DNA from: the human T2T-CHM13v2.0 reference genome, Homo sapiens
Assembly: GCF_009914755.1 (NCBI RefSeq)
Contig: NC_060937.1
Reading direction: 5' to 3' (one strand)
DNA: 64,000 nt
The position numbers and the translations under genes were made by a program. Below the pieces are notes generated by a model. It was not told the origin of the DNA. It made no database searches and saw nothing but the letters and a program-made list of their open reading frames with translations. Of the stretch, positions 13,426 to 28,074 are shown piece by piece. Numbering within the stretch: position 1 is the stretch's first letter; each line of letters starts with the position of its first letter.

Positions 13426-13859
13426 ACACACACAAAAAATCAGCTAACTTTATAGGAAAAGATGTTATCACTGTGTTTTCTGGGGTGGCCTGGAGCTTTC
13501 CTCCTGCGGTAGCATCTCAGCAACGAAGCGTTATCTTACATGTGCTTCACGTTCTACAATATAAGGGGGCCTGAGCCACTGATGCTGTTCAGCCAGGAGC
13601 ACCAGGCAGGTGAAAGAGAAGAGAGCTGCTGATGAGAAGTCCTGATCTTTCTCCTCCCAGTTAAATTAAAATGTGTGTTGTTTCCAGCATGCCAGAATTA
13701 TATTTATAATACAATTGAGTGTGCAGGTTTTCTATATTGAGTACATTTTGGAAATCTGTCCCCTAGTGGCATGCATCTAATGCACTGTCCATTTTAGGCA
13801 GAGATGACAACAAACAAATATATTACTAAACTTACATTGAGACTAAAATTAAAATTAAA

Positions 13860-14470
13860 CTAGATTTAAATTAAAAACTTTTGTGCTTCAAAGGACGCCA
13901 TTATGAAATTGAAAAGAAAATCCACAGGACGGGAGAGAGGATTGGCAGAGCGCAGGTCTGGTCAGGGATTTGTATCCAGGGCAGCGTTGGAAGGCTGTGG
14001 AGCTGTGGGAACCCATATGTGCCTCTGGTGGGAGCATTCAAAACCATTTCAGAAAACTGTTTGGCAGTTTCCAGTAAATATATGCTCCTGGAAACAACCC
14101 ACATGTCTATCAACAGTAGAAAAAAACAAAAATAAATCGTGAAATGTTCACATTAAATAAAATGAACAAACAACATGGGTGACTTTTGACAGCCTAAACA
14201 AGGAAAAGAAGCCAGACAGGAAGAGTATGTTATAAGATTCATTGATGTGAGGTTCAAAGCTGGGCACTCCTGGGGGATGGAGGCAGAGGTCAAAGTGGAT
14301 GAGACCTTGGCAGGTGGGAGGGTCCACAGTCACAACAGGGGCATCTCAGATGCTGGTGATGCTGTGTTTCTTGGCCCTGATGACAGTGGTTACCCAGGTG
14401 AAGGCTGAGCCGCACACCCAGGGCAGGTTAGGCACTTTGTGAGCAAGTTATCCTTCGGTGAAATGTTCGT
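13860..14470 (+). mobile_element. Old L1M (L1ME-like) 3' fragments
   Basis: aaaaacttttgtgcttcaaaggac, ctggaaacaacccacatgtctatcaacagtaga, gctggtgatgctgtgtttcttg. Confidence 0.65.
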
Positions 14471-15157
14471 TAAAACAGATCATGACTCATGTGGCGTTAA
14501 ATATTACAGGGAAACCTCCAGAAGGGATGGGCTTCCAGGGACGGTTTGGCAAGGGCCAGCTATGCTGAGCTGCCGTGGTCATAAAGACCAGAAGGAGAGG
14601 AGGGAAGGGGCTGGGCTGAGGAACAGCATGGGCAGAGGCCCCAAGACAGGACTCAGCTTGGCTGTGTCTGAGGAGCCATCAGACAGGGAGGTCACCGAGG
14701 GCCTCGTCTGCCTTCTCCTTTTATCTGAGTGGATGGAAACCTCGGAGGGTTTTGAGAAGAGGACAAAACAAGCAGGCTGTAAGGTTACATGGTCACTCTG
14801 GTTTGTATTGAGAATAACTGCAGTGGGCTCAGTGGTGAGCTCAGGTGGAAGCAGCTCCGTGTCTTGGATTGACAAACACAGGTTTGCTGCCAGTGCTACA
14901 GCGGTCAGCCTGGTCCTGTGCCTCCATAACTGGCCTCTCTGCTTTTTCGTGGTGCAGGGAAATGCTGCTTCCGGAAGCCCATTCATAGTCTCCTCTGTAG
15001 CCTGGAATTGACCCTTGAAGAGTTCACAGGTCCTCTCCCTCAGCCCTTTTACTTTTTTCTGAACCCAAGCTATGGTCAGAAGCACTCAACATTCCCATAT
15101 CTGTTCAGCGCCGGCTTCCCAAAGCTCTTTGCCTCGGGTTGAAATAGCTCCAACTTG

Positions 15158-15470
<313 letters not shown>

Positions 15471-16089
15471 TTAAAGTGTTAGCGACTCAGAAAAGTATTT
15501 ACCCCTCTGCTCGTAGAGTATTGAACGAACCTGAGATTATTGCCATAATTTACTGCAAATAGGAAAAGCAATGTGAGCTGGGGACATTTTGCTTGTTTCT
15601 TCTCACCAGAGCAGTGCCGCAGATAAGCCGACTGGCTTCATGCAGCGCAGAGCTCCTTTAAGCATTGTGGGACAGGTGGATCTGCCAAGCAGGAGCTTTC
15701 TGTGCTGGCCCAAGGCAATGTGGCTCAGTTCTAGCCCCTCTGACCCTATTCTGCTGCCGGTATGCCCCCACCCACCTGCCTCCCCGTCCCCCTCCTCCTC
15801 CCCCAGGTCCCAGCCGTCAGCCGTGTTGTTTTGCTCACTGTGGGATGACTGTTCCCATAGAGGCTGTTTCTCCTGCCCCGCCCCTACAGAGCCTCCCTTC
15901 TCGTGTCCCACTGTGAGTCTAGGTTGGCCCATGCAGTTCTGGGGCCTGCTGTATGTCTTCTTCCCCTAGTGAAACAGCAGATTCCTTGGGGTAGGAAGTG
16001 GCGTCTCACCTGTCTCACCTACTCCATGGAGCCTAGCAGAGGACTAAGTATACTGCAGATACTTAGGACTTACTTTATTGAGTTGACTG

Positions 16090-17185
16090 CAGAAAACACA
16101 GGGACAAATCATGGTGACCTTGGATTAGGCGATCTTTTCTTAGATATGGTATAAAAAGCATAAGCAACCAAAGAAAAAGATAGATAAATTGGACTAGATT
16201 AAAATTAAAGACTTTTGTTCCTCAAAGGACACCATTACGAAAGTGAAAAGAAAATCCACAGAATGGGAGAGAAGATTGGCAGAGAGTGGCTCTAGTCAGG
16301 CATTTGCATCCAGAAGACACAAAGAACTCTGTCAACTCATAACAAAATGATGCTCTAATCTAACCGTGGGCAAAAGATTTTAATTGGTGTTTTACCAAGG
16401 AGGAATACAAAGGGCCAGCCAATGAATGAAAAGATGGTCAACATTATTTGCATTTATTTACATTAGAGAAATGCAAATAAAAACTTTATGCTTCATACCC
16501 ACTAAGAGGGCTGTAATAAAAAAGACAGACAATGAAGAGGTGTTAAGGAGGATGTAGAGGAGTTGGAAGTCTTGTGCATTGCTGGTTTGGAATGTAAAAT
16601 GGTGAAGCTGCTCGGAAACACTTGGCAATTCCTCGAAATACAGGAATATGAAGAGTTACCAATATGCCCTGCAATTCCACGCCTAAATATGTCCTCAAAG
16701 CATTGAAAACACGCGTCCACACGGAAACTTTCACACAGATGTTCTTGTGTTCTTGGCAGCATTATTCATCATAGCCAAAGAGCGGAAGCATCTCAGATGC
16801 CCATCAGTAGACGAATGGGTAAACAATGTGATTTATCCTTACAATGGAGTAGTATTCAGCCACAAAAAGGAACGAAGTACTGATTTATGTACACCATGAA
16901 TGAACTTTGAAAGCATGATGCTAAGTGAAGGAAGCTAGAAATAAAAGGCCACACGTTGTATGATTCTATTTATGTGACATGTCCAGAACTGGCAAATTTG
17001 TAGGGACAGAAAGTAGATTAATGGTTGGCAGGGGCTGGGGGAGGGGGCGTGGGAGCGACTGTAGGTCTTGTGCCTTCTTGGGATGATGAAAATGCTCTAG
17101 AATTAGATGGTGGTGACGATTGTGCAATTCTGTAAATGAACTAAAAAACCACTGAATTGTACATTGTAAAGGGTGAATTTTATAG

Positions 17186-17195
<10 letters not shown>
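16090..17195 (+). mobile_element. L1MB-type LINE, 3' end
   Basis: ORF2-end/3'UTR motifs: gaaatgcaaataaaaac, atgtaaaatggtgaagctgct, gctctagaattagatggtggtga, gggtgaattttat. Confidence 0.85.
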
Positions 17196-17238
<43 letters not shown>

Positions 17239-17257
17239 GATATCTATATGTATATAT
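17196..17257. repeat. (TC)n(TA)n compound microsatellite
   Basis: Seen directly, adjoining an Alu tail. Confidence 0.95.
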
Positions 17258-17540
17258 ATTTTTTTGAGACGGAGTCTCGCTCTGTTGCCCAGGCTGGAGT
17301 GGAATGGTGCTATCTCGGCTCATTGCAACCTCATCCCAGGTTCAAGTGATTCTCCTGCCTCAGCCTCCTGAGTAGCTGGGATTACTGGCGCACCACCACA
17401 CCCGGCTAATTTTGTATTTTTAGTAGAGACAGGGTTTCGCCATGTTGGCCAGGCTGGTCTTGAACTCCTGACCTCAGGTGATCCACCCACCTCAGCCTCC
17501 CAAAGTGCTGGGATTCCAGGCATGAGCTACTGTCTCGGCC
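17258..17540 (-). mobile_element. Alu (AluS)
   Basis: tttttgagacggagtctcgc...tgtctcggcc. Confidence 0.95.
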
Positions 17541-17934
17541 CAAATCTTTCTTAAGTTGTGTCTGGCCTTTGGCAGAAATAGCCACAAAGCCAGGGTAGGA
17601 ACGTTTTACTCTTCAAGTGATGATGGCATCCGATAACCTTTTAGAGGGAGGTTTTAAAATGCAACGTAGCCCAGGGCTCCAGAAAAAGACCTGCACGGAG
17701 AAGAGAGGGCTTTGTAGCTCTCAGCAGACAAGGCGTGCTGCCCAGGGAGCTCAGTTTTCACTGTAACTGGGTTGCACTGTCACCACCGGTCTCCTCCCCA
17801 CAGATCCCACGGGAGGACTTCCTGTTGTGTAACATCCAGAGAAGCTTCTGGAAGCTGGGGAGCTCTGGCTGTGCAGGAAAGATCTAGCTGTTTTGTTGCA
17901 GAAGGCGCTCGCCATCAGGGTCCCGGGTCGTTGA

Positions 17935-18100
17935 CCCACCCACTTCCGCTGCTGACGTCATGCTGCGCTCAGCGTTATTCAGGGCGGAATTTTCACTCGT
18001 CAGAAATGGATTTGGGAGCATTTTAAAATAGTGCGTTTTCAGAATTTTTGTGGTTGTCTGAGAACCAAACAAGCAAGGCACAGCACGGGTCTGAATCACT
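17935..18100. promoter_or_regulatory. Candidate intronic enhancer (CRE + ETS + RUNX + AP-1-like motifs)
   Basis: TGACGTCA at 17953-17960, CACTTCCG at 17941-17948, TGTGGTT near 18049, TGAATCA near 18092; motif evidence only. Confidence 0.35.
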
Positions 18101-18282
18101 TACATGGGCCTTGTTTGCTTGTTTAGGTCAGTGTTTCTAATACTTTATATTTCTAATGTAAAGCCAAAGAAAGCCACAAAGAGATTTAAGATGTGGGTGG
18201 AAGTGCTCTGTTTGCTGTGTCTGTGTTTCCACAGAGCTTTATGTTTTTTTGGGAGGCTGGGGACTGGGGAGGTGAGGGACAT

Positions 18283-18512
18283 GGAGCTGTAGTCGGGAGG
18301 GTTGGGCAGCCACACTGGGGGTGGAGAAGGTGGCCCGGTCCCTGCGGGGCTGTGGGGCAGGAGCTGTAGTCGGGAGGGTTGGGCAGCCACACCAGGGATG
18401 GAGAAGGTGGCCTGGTCCCTGCGGGGCTGTGGGGCAGAAGCTGTAGTCGGGAGGGTTGGGCAGCCACACTGGGGTGGAGAAGGTGGCCCGGTCCCTGCGG
18501 GGCTGTGGGGCA
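18283..18512. repeat. 77-bp G-rich tandem repeat, 3 copies
   Basis: gctgtagtcgggagggttgggcagccacac at 18286, 18363, 18440. Confidence 0.95.
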
Positions 18513-18949
18513 GATGAACTCTCTGGGGGCACCTGTCATGGTGGAGGGCAGAGAACAATGGTCCAGCACCATTACCCTGGCCTGGGCTGCTCCAGGCTGC
18601 CCGTTGCATCAGCGGTGGAGGGTGGAGGCACTAGCCAACTGGGGCAGGCCATAGCCTCACTGTGGGCTGGAGACTCCGTCCCTGTGCTGATCTGGGACAG
18701 GTGGGCTGCAGGGAGACTCAGGGGCCCGTGCTCCTTAGTCGTTTGTTCCCGCCAAGCCACCTCTCTCTCTGCCCATATTCAGTGGATGCCGGCTGTTTTT
18801 GTTTGTGGCTCTCTCTGCACTGTTTTCCATCTGCCTCTGTGCATCAGGGCCTTTAATGTTTTACCGGGTATTTTGAGCCTCACAGTGACTGTTCCGGGTC
18901 CAGGGGAGTAAAGAGTGCTCTGCTCCCTGTGGAGGTGTACTTCTCTTCC

Positions 18950-19130
18950 CCCAAAGATTGCTCCTCTTCCCCAGAGCGCTCCTCTTCCTCCATAGACTGC
19001 TCCCCTTCCCCACGGAAGAGCGCTCCCCTTCCCCACGGAAGAGTGGTTCCCCCACCACAGAAGAGTGGTCCCCCTCCCCACAGAAGAGTGCTCCCCTTCC
19101 CCCACAGGGGAGTGCTCCCCCTCCCCACAG
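18950..19130. repeat. ~21-bp degenerate minisatellite (cagaagagtgctccccttcccca)
   Basis: Seen directly. Confidence 0.8.
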
Positions 19131-20377
19131 TGCGCTTTTCTCACGTGTCCTAAGTATGGGTGGTGCGGGGTGAACGCATTGTCCACAGGGAGCAGCCACC
19201 CCTGGAGGCAAACAGGAACACTCATTCTTGATCTAGATGGTGCCAGGTTGAAAGGAGGTTTTTAAAATAAGTGCAGGCTCATGTAGAGATGGCTGCTGCC
19301 TGGCCTGATGTTGCATGGGAAATGCAGCATGGGAACCCTTGGGGGGTGGGGGAGACACCTCCTGTGGAAGGGGGTGCTGTCCTGTCACCTCCCATGTCGA
19401 GTTGCGCCTGAGACACTAGTGTCTGTGCTGCTCAGCATGTGGTCCCACGGAGGAGCCCCTGCGGGCGCTGGTCTCTGTGGGAGACTGGGGTGTGAGCACG
19501 CGGTGTCACAGGTCGTGTGTGGGGGGACTTATGACAGGTGCTGTCTGATTTCGTAGTCTGGATGTTCATTAGCATTAATTTCAGGCACTGGACGACCAAA
19601 AGTGAGAAAAGGGAAAACCTGAGAATTTGCTCAGCTGTGTAAAAATGATGCCACTTACGATAATTCTGCGAAGCTACCGCTTATGCCAGCTACCTGTGGA
19701 GCGCAACATCGGCTTCCTGAGGCAGTCTCAGCCTGCTCCATTTTATTTCACTTAGATGGTATCCCCCGTGTGTGACGGCCGGCCTTCGCCCTGTGCCTCC
19801 CCGCAGTGTGGCTGGATCTCAGGGGGCTCGGACACGTGCTCAGACTGAAGGTCAGAAAGAGCATTTTCCATTCTGACCCCTGACAATGGCAAGACTTTCC
19901 ACAGGTAGACACCTGTTTTTCCAATCCTTACTGTGTAGCGAGACTTTCTGCAGATAGACACCTGTTTTTCCTTATTGTGTACGTGGGCAGAGGGGAGAGG
20001 CACTCACTCAAGAATTTCCTAGATGTCTGATACAGAACTCACCCTGTGAATCTAGTTAGGTTTCTAAGCATCAGTAGCACAGTGTATGACAGCACATGTG
20101 CCAGCAGACCTCACCTGTGCAGAGGGTTCTATGGAGAGGCGAAGTCGTTAGCCTGCTGTGGCTTCTCTGGGGAAGATTCAGACTGGCAGACAGTTGCTCC
20201 AGTGCCCTCATCCTTGATCTGCTTACTCCCTGTGATGAACACATGTATTTTGTGAGATGTCTGCCACATGGGTGGGAAACGTGTATTTTCACCATCGTGA
20301 AAAAAATATGGCTGTATTCAATAGCATTGCTGGAAAATAGAATGGGCTGAGGGAGGTTTTTAAGGGTGTGGTTATTG

Positions 20378-20789
20378 GGCAGATGTTGCAGGTTCCTGCT
20401 ACAGTGTGATGATCTGTGCAGATGTTGTAGGTTCCTGCTAGCACTGACGGCATAGGCAGGTGTTGTATGTTCCTGCAGGTTCCTGCTAGCACTGATGGCA
20501 TAGGCAGGTGTTGTAGGTTCCTGCTACAGTGTGTGATAACCTGTGCAGATGTTGTAGGTTCCTGCTAGCGTTGACGGCATAGGCAGGTGTTGTAGGTTCC
20601 TGCTACAGTGTGATGACCTGTGTAGATGCTGTAGGTTCCTGCTAGCACTGACGGCATAGGCAGGTGTTGTAGGTTCCTGCTAGAGTGTGATAACCTGTGC
20701 GATGTTGCAGGTTCCTGCTAGCACTGACAGCATAGGCAGGTGTTGTAGGTTCCTGCTAGAGTTGACGGCTTAGGCAGATGTAGGTTCCT
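20378..20789. repeat. ~38-bp minisatellite with two alternating unit types
   Basis: gttgtaggttcctgcta core followed alternately by cagtgtgat...gtgcagat or gcactgacggcataggcaggt. Confidence 0.93.
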
Positions 20790-21236
20790 TTGAGCTCAGG
20801 AATGTAACACAGTAAGCTTAAGGTAACCTATACAGCTTCAGGAAAAGAGGATTGGTTGTTTATTTCCTGTGGTCTCAGGGTGTCCTTCCCTGGAGTTTAG
20901 TATAGGCCCATCCACCATCCAGAGGCTTCATTTTGAATTTGGGGAGTTTGCTAAGAACTTTAACCAGGTCTGAAGGAAAAAGGGGAGTTGTGCATTTGTA
21001 AAGTATTTGGTTTTGATTGAACCAACAGTGCAAGTTACAGGTTAAGCCAGTTTTCAGGTTAGAATATTTCCTGCTGGTATGGACGTGGTCATTTTAGTCA
21101 TCATACTATGACGGCTGAGCTGCGTGTCCAGCTGCGGTGAGTGGGCCACTTGCCTCTTTCACGTAAGGAAGGCTTCCTCTTCACGCATTTGTCAGTGGTC
21201 AAGAAAGTTAAAACAAGAAGGCAGGAGAATGTCGCT

Positions 21237-21500
21237 GTCCTCCCAGCACCCGGTTTGGGACGGTCTGGGAGGGTGTGATGGAGTGCAGTGTTCTGTATGT
21301 TGATGTGTGTTGACGGATTTCTCTGTCCTCCCGGCACCCGGCTTGGGACGGTCTGGGAGGGTGTGATGGAGTATGGTGTTCTGTATATTGATGTGTGTTG
21401 ATGGATTTTTCTTTCCTCCCGGCACCCGGCTTCGGATGGTCTGGGAGGGTGTGATGGAGTGCAGTGTTCTGTATGTTGATGTGTGTTGATGGATTTCTCT
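21237..21500. repeat. ~89-bp tandem repeat, 3 copies
   Basis: ggtctgggagggtgtgatggagt...gttctgtatgttgatgtgtgttga three times. Confidence 0.93.
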
Positions 21501-21869
21501 GAGTGGCGATTTCAGGGATGCTTATTTCTGTCCAGTGAATCTCAGACATGGGGAGCCTAATCTTCACATTTGGTGACTCTCCCTGGCAGCTTCTCACGTG
21601 AAAGCTGATTGTTAGCTGCTGGTGCCTCCCTCCCCGGCCCTCTGCTCACCACCTGCCCTCATGGGTGAGCCGCTGCACTTCTCGGGCTCGTTGGCCTGCA
21701 GTCAGCTCTCGGCTCGGTGCTGTGGAGGTGTTTTGCTTTTGCCAGGAAAGTGCATCCTCCACACCTTCCCTCCTGGTCGACTCTTAGTCACCCGGCTGGT
21801 GTGTAAAGCACAGAGTGCTCTGAACAGTGTTCCAAGTGTGTCCCAAGTTAAAACGTTGTGGTTAGCCAA

Positions 21870-22050
21870 CTCCAGTTCAAATTCCTTCCCTACTTCATGT
21901 AAGATATGTGAGCTCTCCAGCCTCAATTTCTTCAACTGGGAAATGAAAATAACAGGGATGTCCCTTTCAAACAATGGTGAGTTTTAAATGTGATCATACA
22001 TCTGGGAGTCTTAAAATAGTACGTGGCACACAGTGATTCATCAGAAAATG
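21870..22050 (+). mobile_element. MIR fragment
   Basis: agcctcaatttcttcaactgggaaatg...gtacgtggcacacagt. Confidence 0.55.
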
Positions 22051-22121
22051 TGAGGATTTTACTGATGGGGTAATTGGGCACTGGATAGCTAAGACTTACT
22101 AGTTTCGAGATAAGTTAGTAG

Positions 22122-22433
<312 letters not shown>

Positions 22434-23377
22434 TAATCAGAATTAGAATGTAGCTATTTAAAATTTTATCCCAGTGTTTTAAAGTATGTTTAGAGTATTA
22501 GTACCACCCAAATAAATAATCATTCATTCTTTTATTCAGTTGGTAATAATGTGAATGTTTAGTGAGTACTAAGCTCTTACTGTGTACCCTAGTATGAAGA
22601 GAATAAAAGGATGCACAATAAATATACATCCCCTAATCAGAGACAGTTTCAAATTTTAGTTTATAATTTGTAGGTGTTCCTCCTCACAGCTATATATTAG
22701 AATCATATGAGAATGAGTGAGGAAAGCCAAAAAAACAAAAGGATCATCGAGAAGCATAAAACAAAAAGATTAGGAGCGGTGAGAGGCAGGACCCAGGCTT
22801 GGTATTGTTATGTTTTAAATAATTTTCTAAAGTTTTGAATTGTAAAAAAAGCATGCATGGAACTGACCATCATAGCCATGTTAAGTGTACAGTTCAGCAG
22901 TATTGAGCACCTCCACATTGTCGTGCAGCGGAACTCCAGAAATTCTCCGTCTTGCAAAACTCAGCCTCTGGGCCGTTAAACTAGGTGTCCCCACCTCCCC
23001 TCCCCCAGGCCCTGGTGACCACCGTTCTGCTTTCTCTGTCTGTGATTTTGACCACTTTAGATACGTCATTTCAGTGGACTCATCCTGTGTCGTTTTGTGG
23101 CGGAATCACGTTCTGTTGTGTGTATACACCACGTTTTTCTTGTCCGTTCACCTGTGATGGACTCTTGGGCGTCTGCCGTAGGCCGCTGTGAATGCTGGCG
23201 GCGGTGATCGTGTGCTGACGTCTCCTCCACGTACTGAGTTCGTGTCTTTTGGATGCGCGCCCAGAGGTGGCACTGCTGGATCCTGTGCTGGGTCATACCT
23301 ATGTTTAATTCTCTGAGGAACCTCCGTGCTGTCTCCATAGCAGCCGTGTCGTTTCACACTTGCACCAACAGTGCACA

Positions 23378-23545
23378 GGGCTCCGGTTCCCCACGTCCTC
23401 ACCGGGTAACTGGGGTTCCGGCTCCCCACGTCCTCCCCGGGTAACTGGGGTTCCGGTTCCCCACGTCCTCACCGGGTAACTGGGGTTCCGGCTCCCCGCG
23501 TCCTCCCCGGGTAACTGGGGCTCTGGTTCCCCACGTCCTCACCGG
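23378..23545. repeat. 35-bp VNTR, ~4.7 copies, inside L1
   Basis: (c/t)tccgg(t/c)tccccacgtcctc(a/c)ccgggtaactgggg at 23381, 23416, 23451, 23486, 23521. Confidence 0.93.
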
Positions 23546-23598
23546 CACTTGGCACTGTCTAGTGTTTTGGTAGCAGCCATCCTGCTCCGTGTAGGTAG

Positions 23599-23926
<328 letters not shown>

Positions 23927-24492
23927 TCATTGTGGTTTTAATTTGAGCACTTTTCATCTCCTTATTAGACCTTCTTGCTACAAATGTCTATTGAGGTTCT
24001 TTGCCTATTTTAAAATCGGGTAATTGATTTTTTTCTGTCATTGGCTTGCATTGGCATAGTTTTTTTTTTTTTAACTTCCTAAGTGGTACTGACGTGTGGC
24101 CGGGGTGAAAACCTCTGGCCTAGGTATGGAACAGGTAGAGGGTGTTACCGAGATGATGAGTAGGAGTGTTCAGAAGGTGGTAGGGATCACCCGTCTGCTC
24201 CGGAGGGATCGCTTGTTGAGATGAGATGAACGCTGCACTTGTGGACATGCAGACGTCTTGCAAACAAGTGGGGTCAGGATGTGGTACTCAGGTGCAGCCT
24301 CAGGGCCAGGGTGGATTCGGGAGCGTAAGGGAAGGGACTGTTGCTGGAAAGAAAAGTAGGTATTGAAGGAGGTGGAGGCAAAACAGTCCCTGCACCTCTC
24401 CACCTGCAGACTCAGCTGCCGCCACTGCAGCCTCCCGGAGCTTGGCGTCCACGGGTAAGGACCTCCCTCAGCTTGTGGGCAACATGTCTTCA

Positions 24493-25302
<810 letters not shown>

Positions 25303-25439
25303 TATTTATAGACAGAAGCTAGAAGGCATTTGTGGGACTCTCAAACTAAGATGGGTCTTCATTACCTTCTAACTTTGGCGATCATGTAGTAGATATATTT
25401 ATTCTGAGAAACAATCATAAATATAAATGCATTTCTTTC

Positions 25440-25734
25440 ATTTCTTTTTATTGAGATGGGATCTTGCTCTGTTGTGCAGGCTGGAGAGCAATAGCATGAT
25501 CTCAGCTTACTGCAGCCTCCGCCTCCTGGGCTCAAGCAATCCTCCCATCTCAGCCTCCAGAGTAGCTGAGACTGTAGGTATGCGCTCCCACACCCAGCCA
25601 ATTTTTGTATTCTTTGTAGAGACAGGGTTCTGCTCTGTCACCCAGGCTGGTCTCAGACTCCTGGACTCATGCGATCCATTCGCCGAGGCCTCCAAAAGTG
25701 CTGGGATTACAAGCGTGAGCCACCACGCCCGGCC
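25440..25734 (-). mobile_element. AluJ-like
   Basis: ctcctgggctcaagcaatcctcccatctcag...caccacgcccggcc. Confidence 0.92.
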
Positions 25735-26718
25735 TGAATGCAATTTTTACATTATAGTCATTTATGCTTCTTCCTGTTAATCCGAAATAAGCAATTGTGT
25801 TTTTGCTAGCCAGCTACAGAGATAATGTAAAAAATGTTTTAAAACCATATTATCAAGCAGAAAATGGTGCTTGTAGATCAATATCTTCAACAGTTTCCCA
25901 TTAAAATTTCAGTATGTGGTCGGATCTAACTACTGGAGGAGCTTCGAGGTCATGCCAGTGTCCTTAACACTCGCGTTTGTTAAAGACAGCCACTGCCGCC
26001 CTTTGCGGCTATGTGCCTCACCTCTTCCACATCACGGAGCACACACAGAATGTTGCCATTTGAGCCATGCACTGGGTCACGGGTGGGCTGGGCGTCAGGG
26101 TGCCCACAGCTGGAGTGACCTACAGAGCCCAGCTCTGCTGGGGCCCCAGGGCAGGTGGCTGCAGCGTCCCCAGCGGCCTCCCTGGCGTGCCACAGCATGA
26201 GGCTGTCTGCTCTGGTGGATGCCGTGGGCCATGGATGCGCCTCCATCTCCGCACAGTGCAGCCGGTCTAGCTCCCTAAGCCGCCAGGCTCTGTGCCCAAC
26301 TCAAGCAGCAGCCAAGTGGAGAGAGCTGGAATGTGTCATCCCTGGTCCCAGCCTTCTATTTCTTAATAGAAATTAAGAACTTCTGCCACGCTTAAAAGAA
26401 TAAGGGAAACTTTCATTTCGTAGCATTCTAACTTTTATTTTAAAAGTCTTTCACTATTGAATGACTTTCCTGAATTAACTACATTCTCAAAAATATTCCC
26501 AGCATTGGTCAAAGGCTTAAGGAATTTTTTACTAAAAGTTGCAACTTGTTGAGTATTAAAAGTCTTACAGATAAAAATAAGCAAAGGAGATTTACAGAAC
26601 TCAGAAAAGAAGAGAAGACACAGATATGCTTTGGGGAAAGTACTGAACCTAGATATTAATCAGAGAAAAGCTGGGAACGTTGATTCCTAGGAATGTGGAT
26701 ACTGTGTTAGGAAGAGAA

Positions 26719-27834
26719 AGGGAAGGAGAGTCTCCATCCTCCCACGTGGGGACACGTCTGCTGAAGGATGCGGGGTTGAATCCCCTTCAGCCTCTCGTGA
26801 ATTTCTGTCTTAGGGAAGGAGAATCTCCATCCTCCCACGTGGGGACACGCCTGCTGAAGGATGCGGGGTTGAATCCCCTTCAGCCTCTCGTGAATTTCTG
26901 TCTTAGGGAAGGAGAGTCTCCATCCTCCCATGTGGGGACACGCCTGCTGAAGGACGCGGGGTTGAATCCCCCTTCAGCCTCTCGTGAATTTCTGTCTTAG
27001 GGAAGGAGAGTCTCCATCCTCCCACGTGGGGACATGCCTGCTGAAGGAAGCGGGGTTGAATCCCCCTTCAGCCTCTCGTGAATTTCTGTCTTAGGGAAGG
27101 AGAGTCTCCATCCTCCCACGTGGGGACACGCCTGCTGAAGGATGCGGGGTTGAATCCCCCTTCAGCCTCTCGTGAATTTCTGTCTTAGGGAAGGAGAGTC
27201 TCCATCCTCCCACGTGGGGACACGCCTGCTGAAGGATGCGGGGTTGAGTCCCCTTCAGCCTCTCGTGAATTTCTGTCTTAGGGAAGGAGAGTCTCCATCC
27301 TCCCACGTGGGGACACGCCTGCTGAAGGATGCGGGGTTGAGTCCCCTTCAGCCTCTCGTGAATTTCTGTCTTAGGGAAGGAGAGTCTCCATCCTCCCACG
27401 TGGGGACACGCCTGCTGAAGGATGCGGGGTTGAGTCCCCTTCAGCCTCTCGTGAATTTCTGTCTTAGGGAAGGAGAGTCTCCATCCTCCCACGTGGGGAC
27501 ACGCCTGCTGAAGGATGCGGGTTTGAATCCCCTTCAGCCTCTCGTGAATTTCTGTCTTAGGGAAGGAGAGTCTCCATCCTCCCACGTGGGGACACGCCTG
27601 CTGAAGGACGCGGGGTTGAATCCCTCTTCAGCCTCTCGTGAATTTCTGTCTTAGGGAAGGAGAGTCTCCATCCTCCCACGTGGGGACACGCCTGCTGAAG
27701 GATGCGGGTTTGAATCCCCTTCAGCCTCTCGTGAATTTCTGTCTTAGGGAAGGAGAGTCTCCATCCTCCCACGTGGGGACACGCCTGCTGAAGGACGCGG
27801 GGTTGAATCCCCCTTCAGCCTCTCGTGAATTTCT
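26719..27834. repeat. 93/94-bp VNTR, 12 near-identical copies
   Basis: agggaaggagagtctccatcc starts at 26719, 26812, 26905, 26999, 27093, 27187, 27280, 27373, 27466, 27559, 27653, 27746. Confidence 0.98.
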
Positions 27835-28074
27835 CAGTCTTTCAGTCCACTTTGCTCACTAGTGTTTACTGCACTAGGTTTTCGTTTGGGAGAATAACAA
27901 AGCCTCCTTTGAGTTCGGGGAAGGTTGGAAGTGGAAGCTGCCTGTTTGGGAGAGATGACTTCTGACCTCTTCTGGGTCACGTAGCTTCCCCCTGCCTTTT
28001 TATAACAAGTAGAATTGTTATGATAATTACCGTCATCATGATATTTTTATTTATCATTATCCTCTCCTTCATCA

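Noticed and set aside
13757-13772. CTCF-like motif (reverse CCACTAGGGGACA)
   Set aside because: Mismatch in the core GGC; cannot be supported without ChIP data.
26680-27862. 31-aa repeat ORFs and a CRISPR-like look
   Set aside because: Units are contiguous with no unique spacers, 93/94-bp indels shift the frame, and the DNA is eukaryotic.
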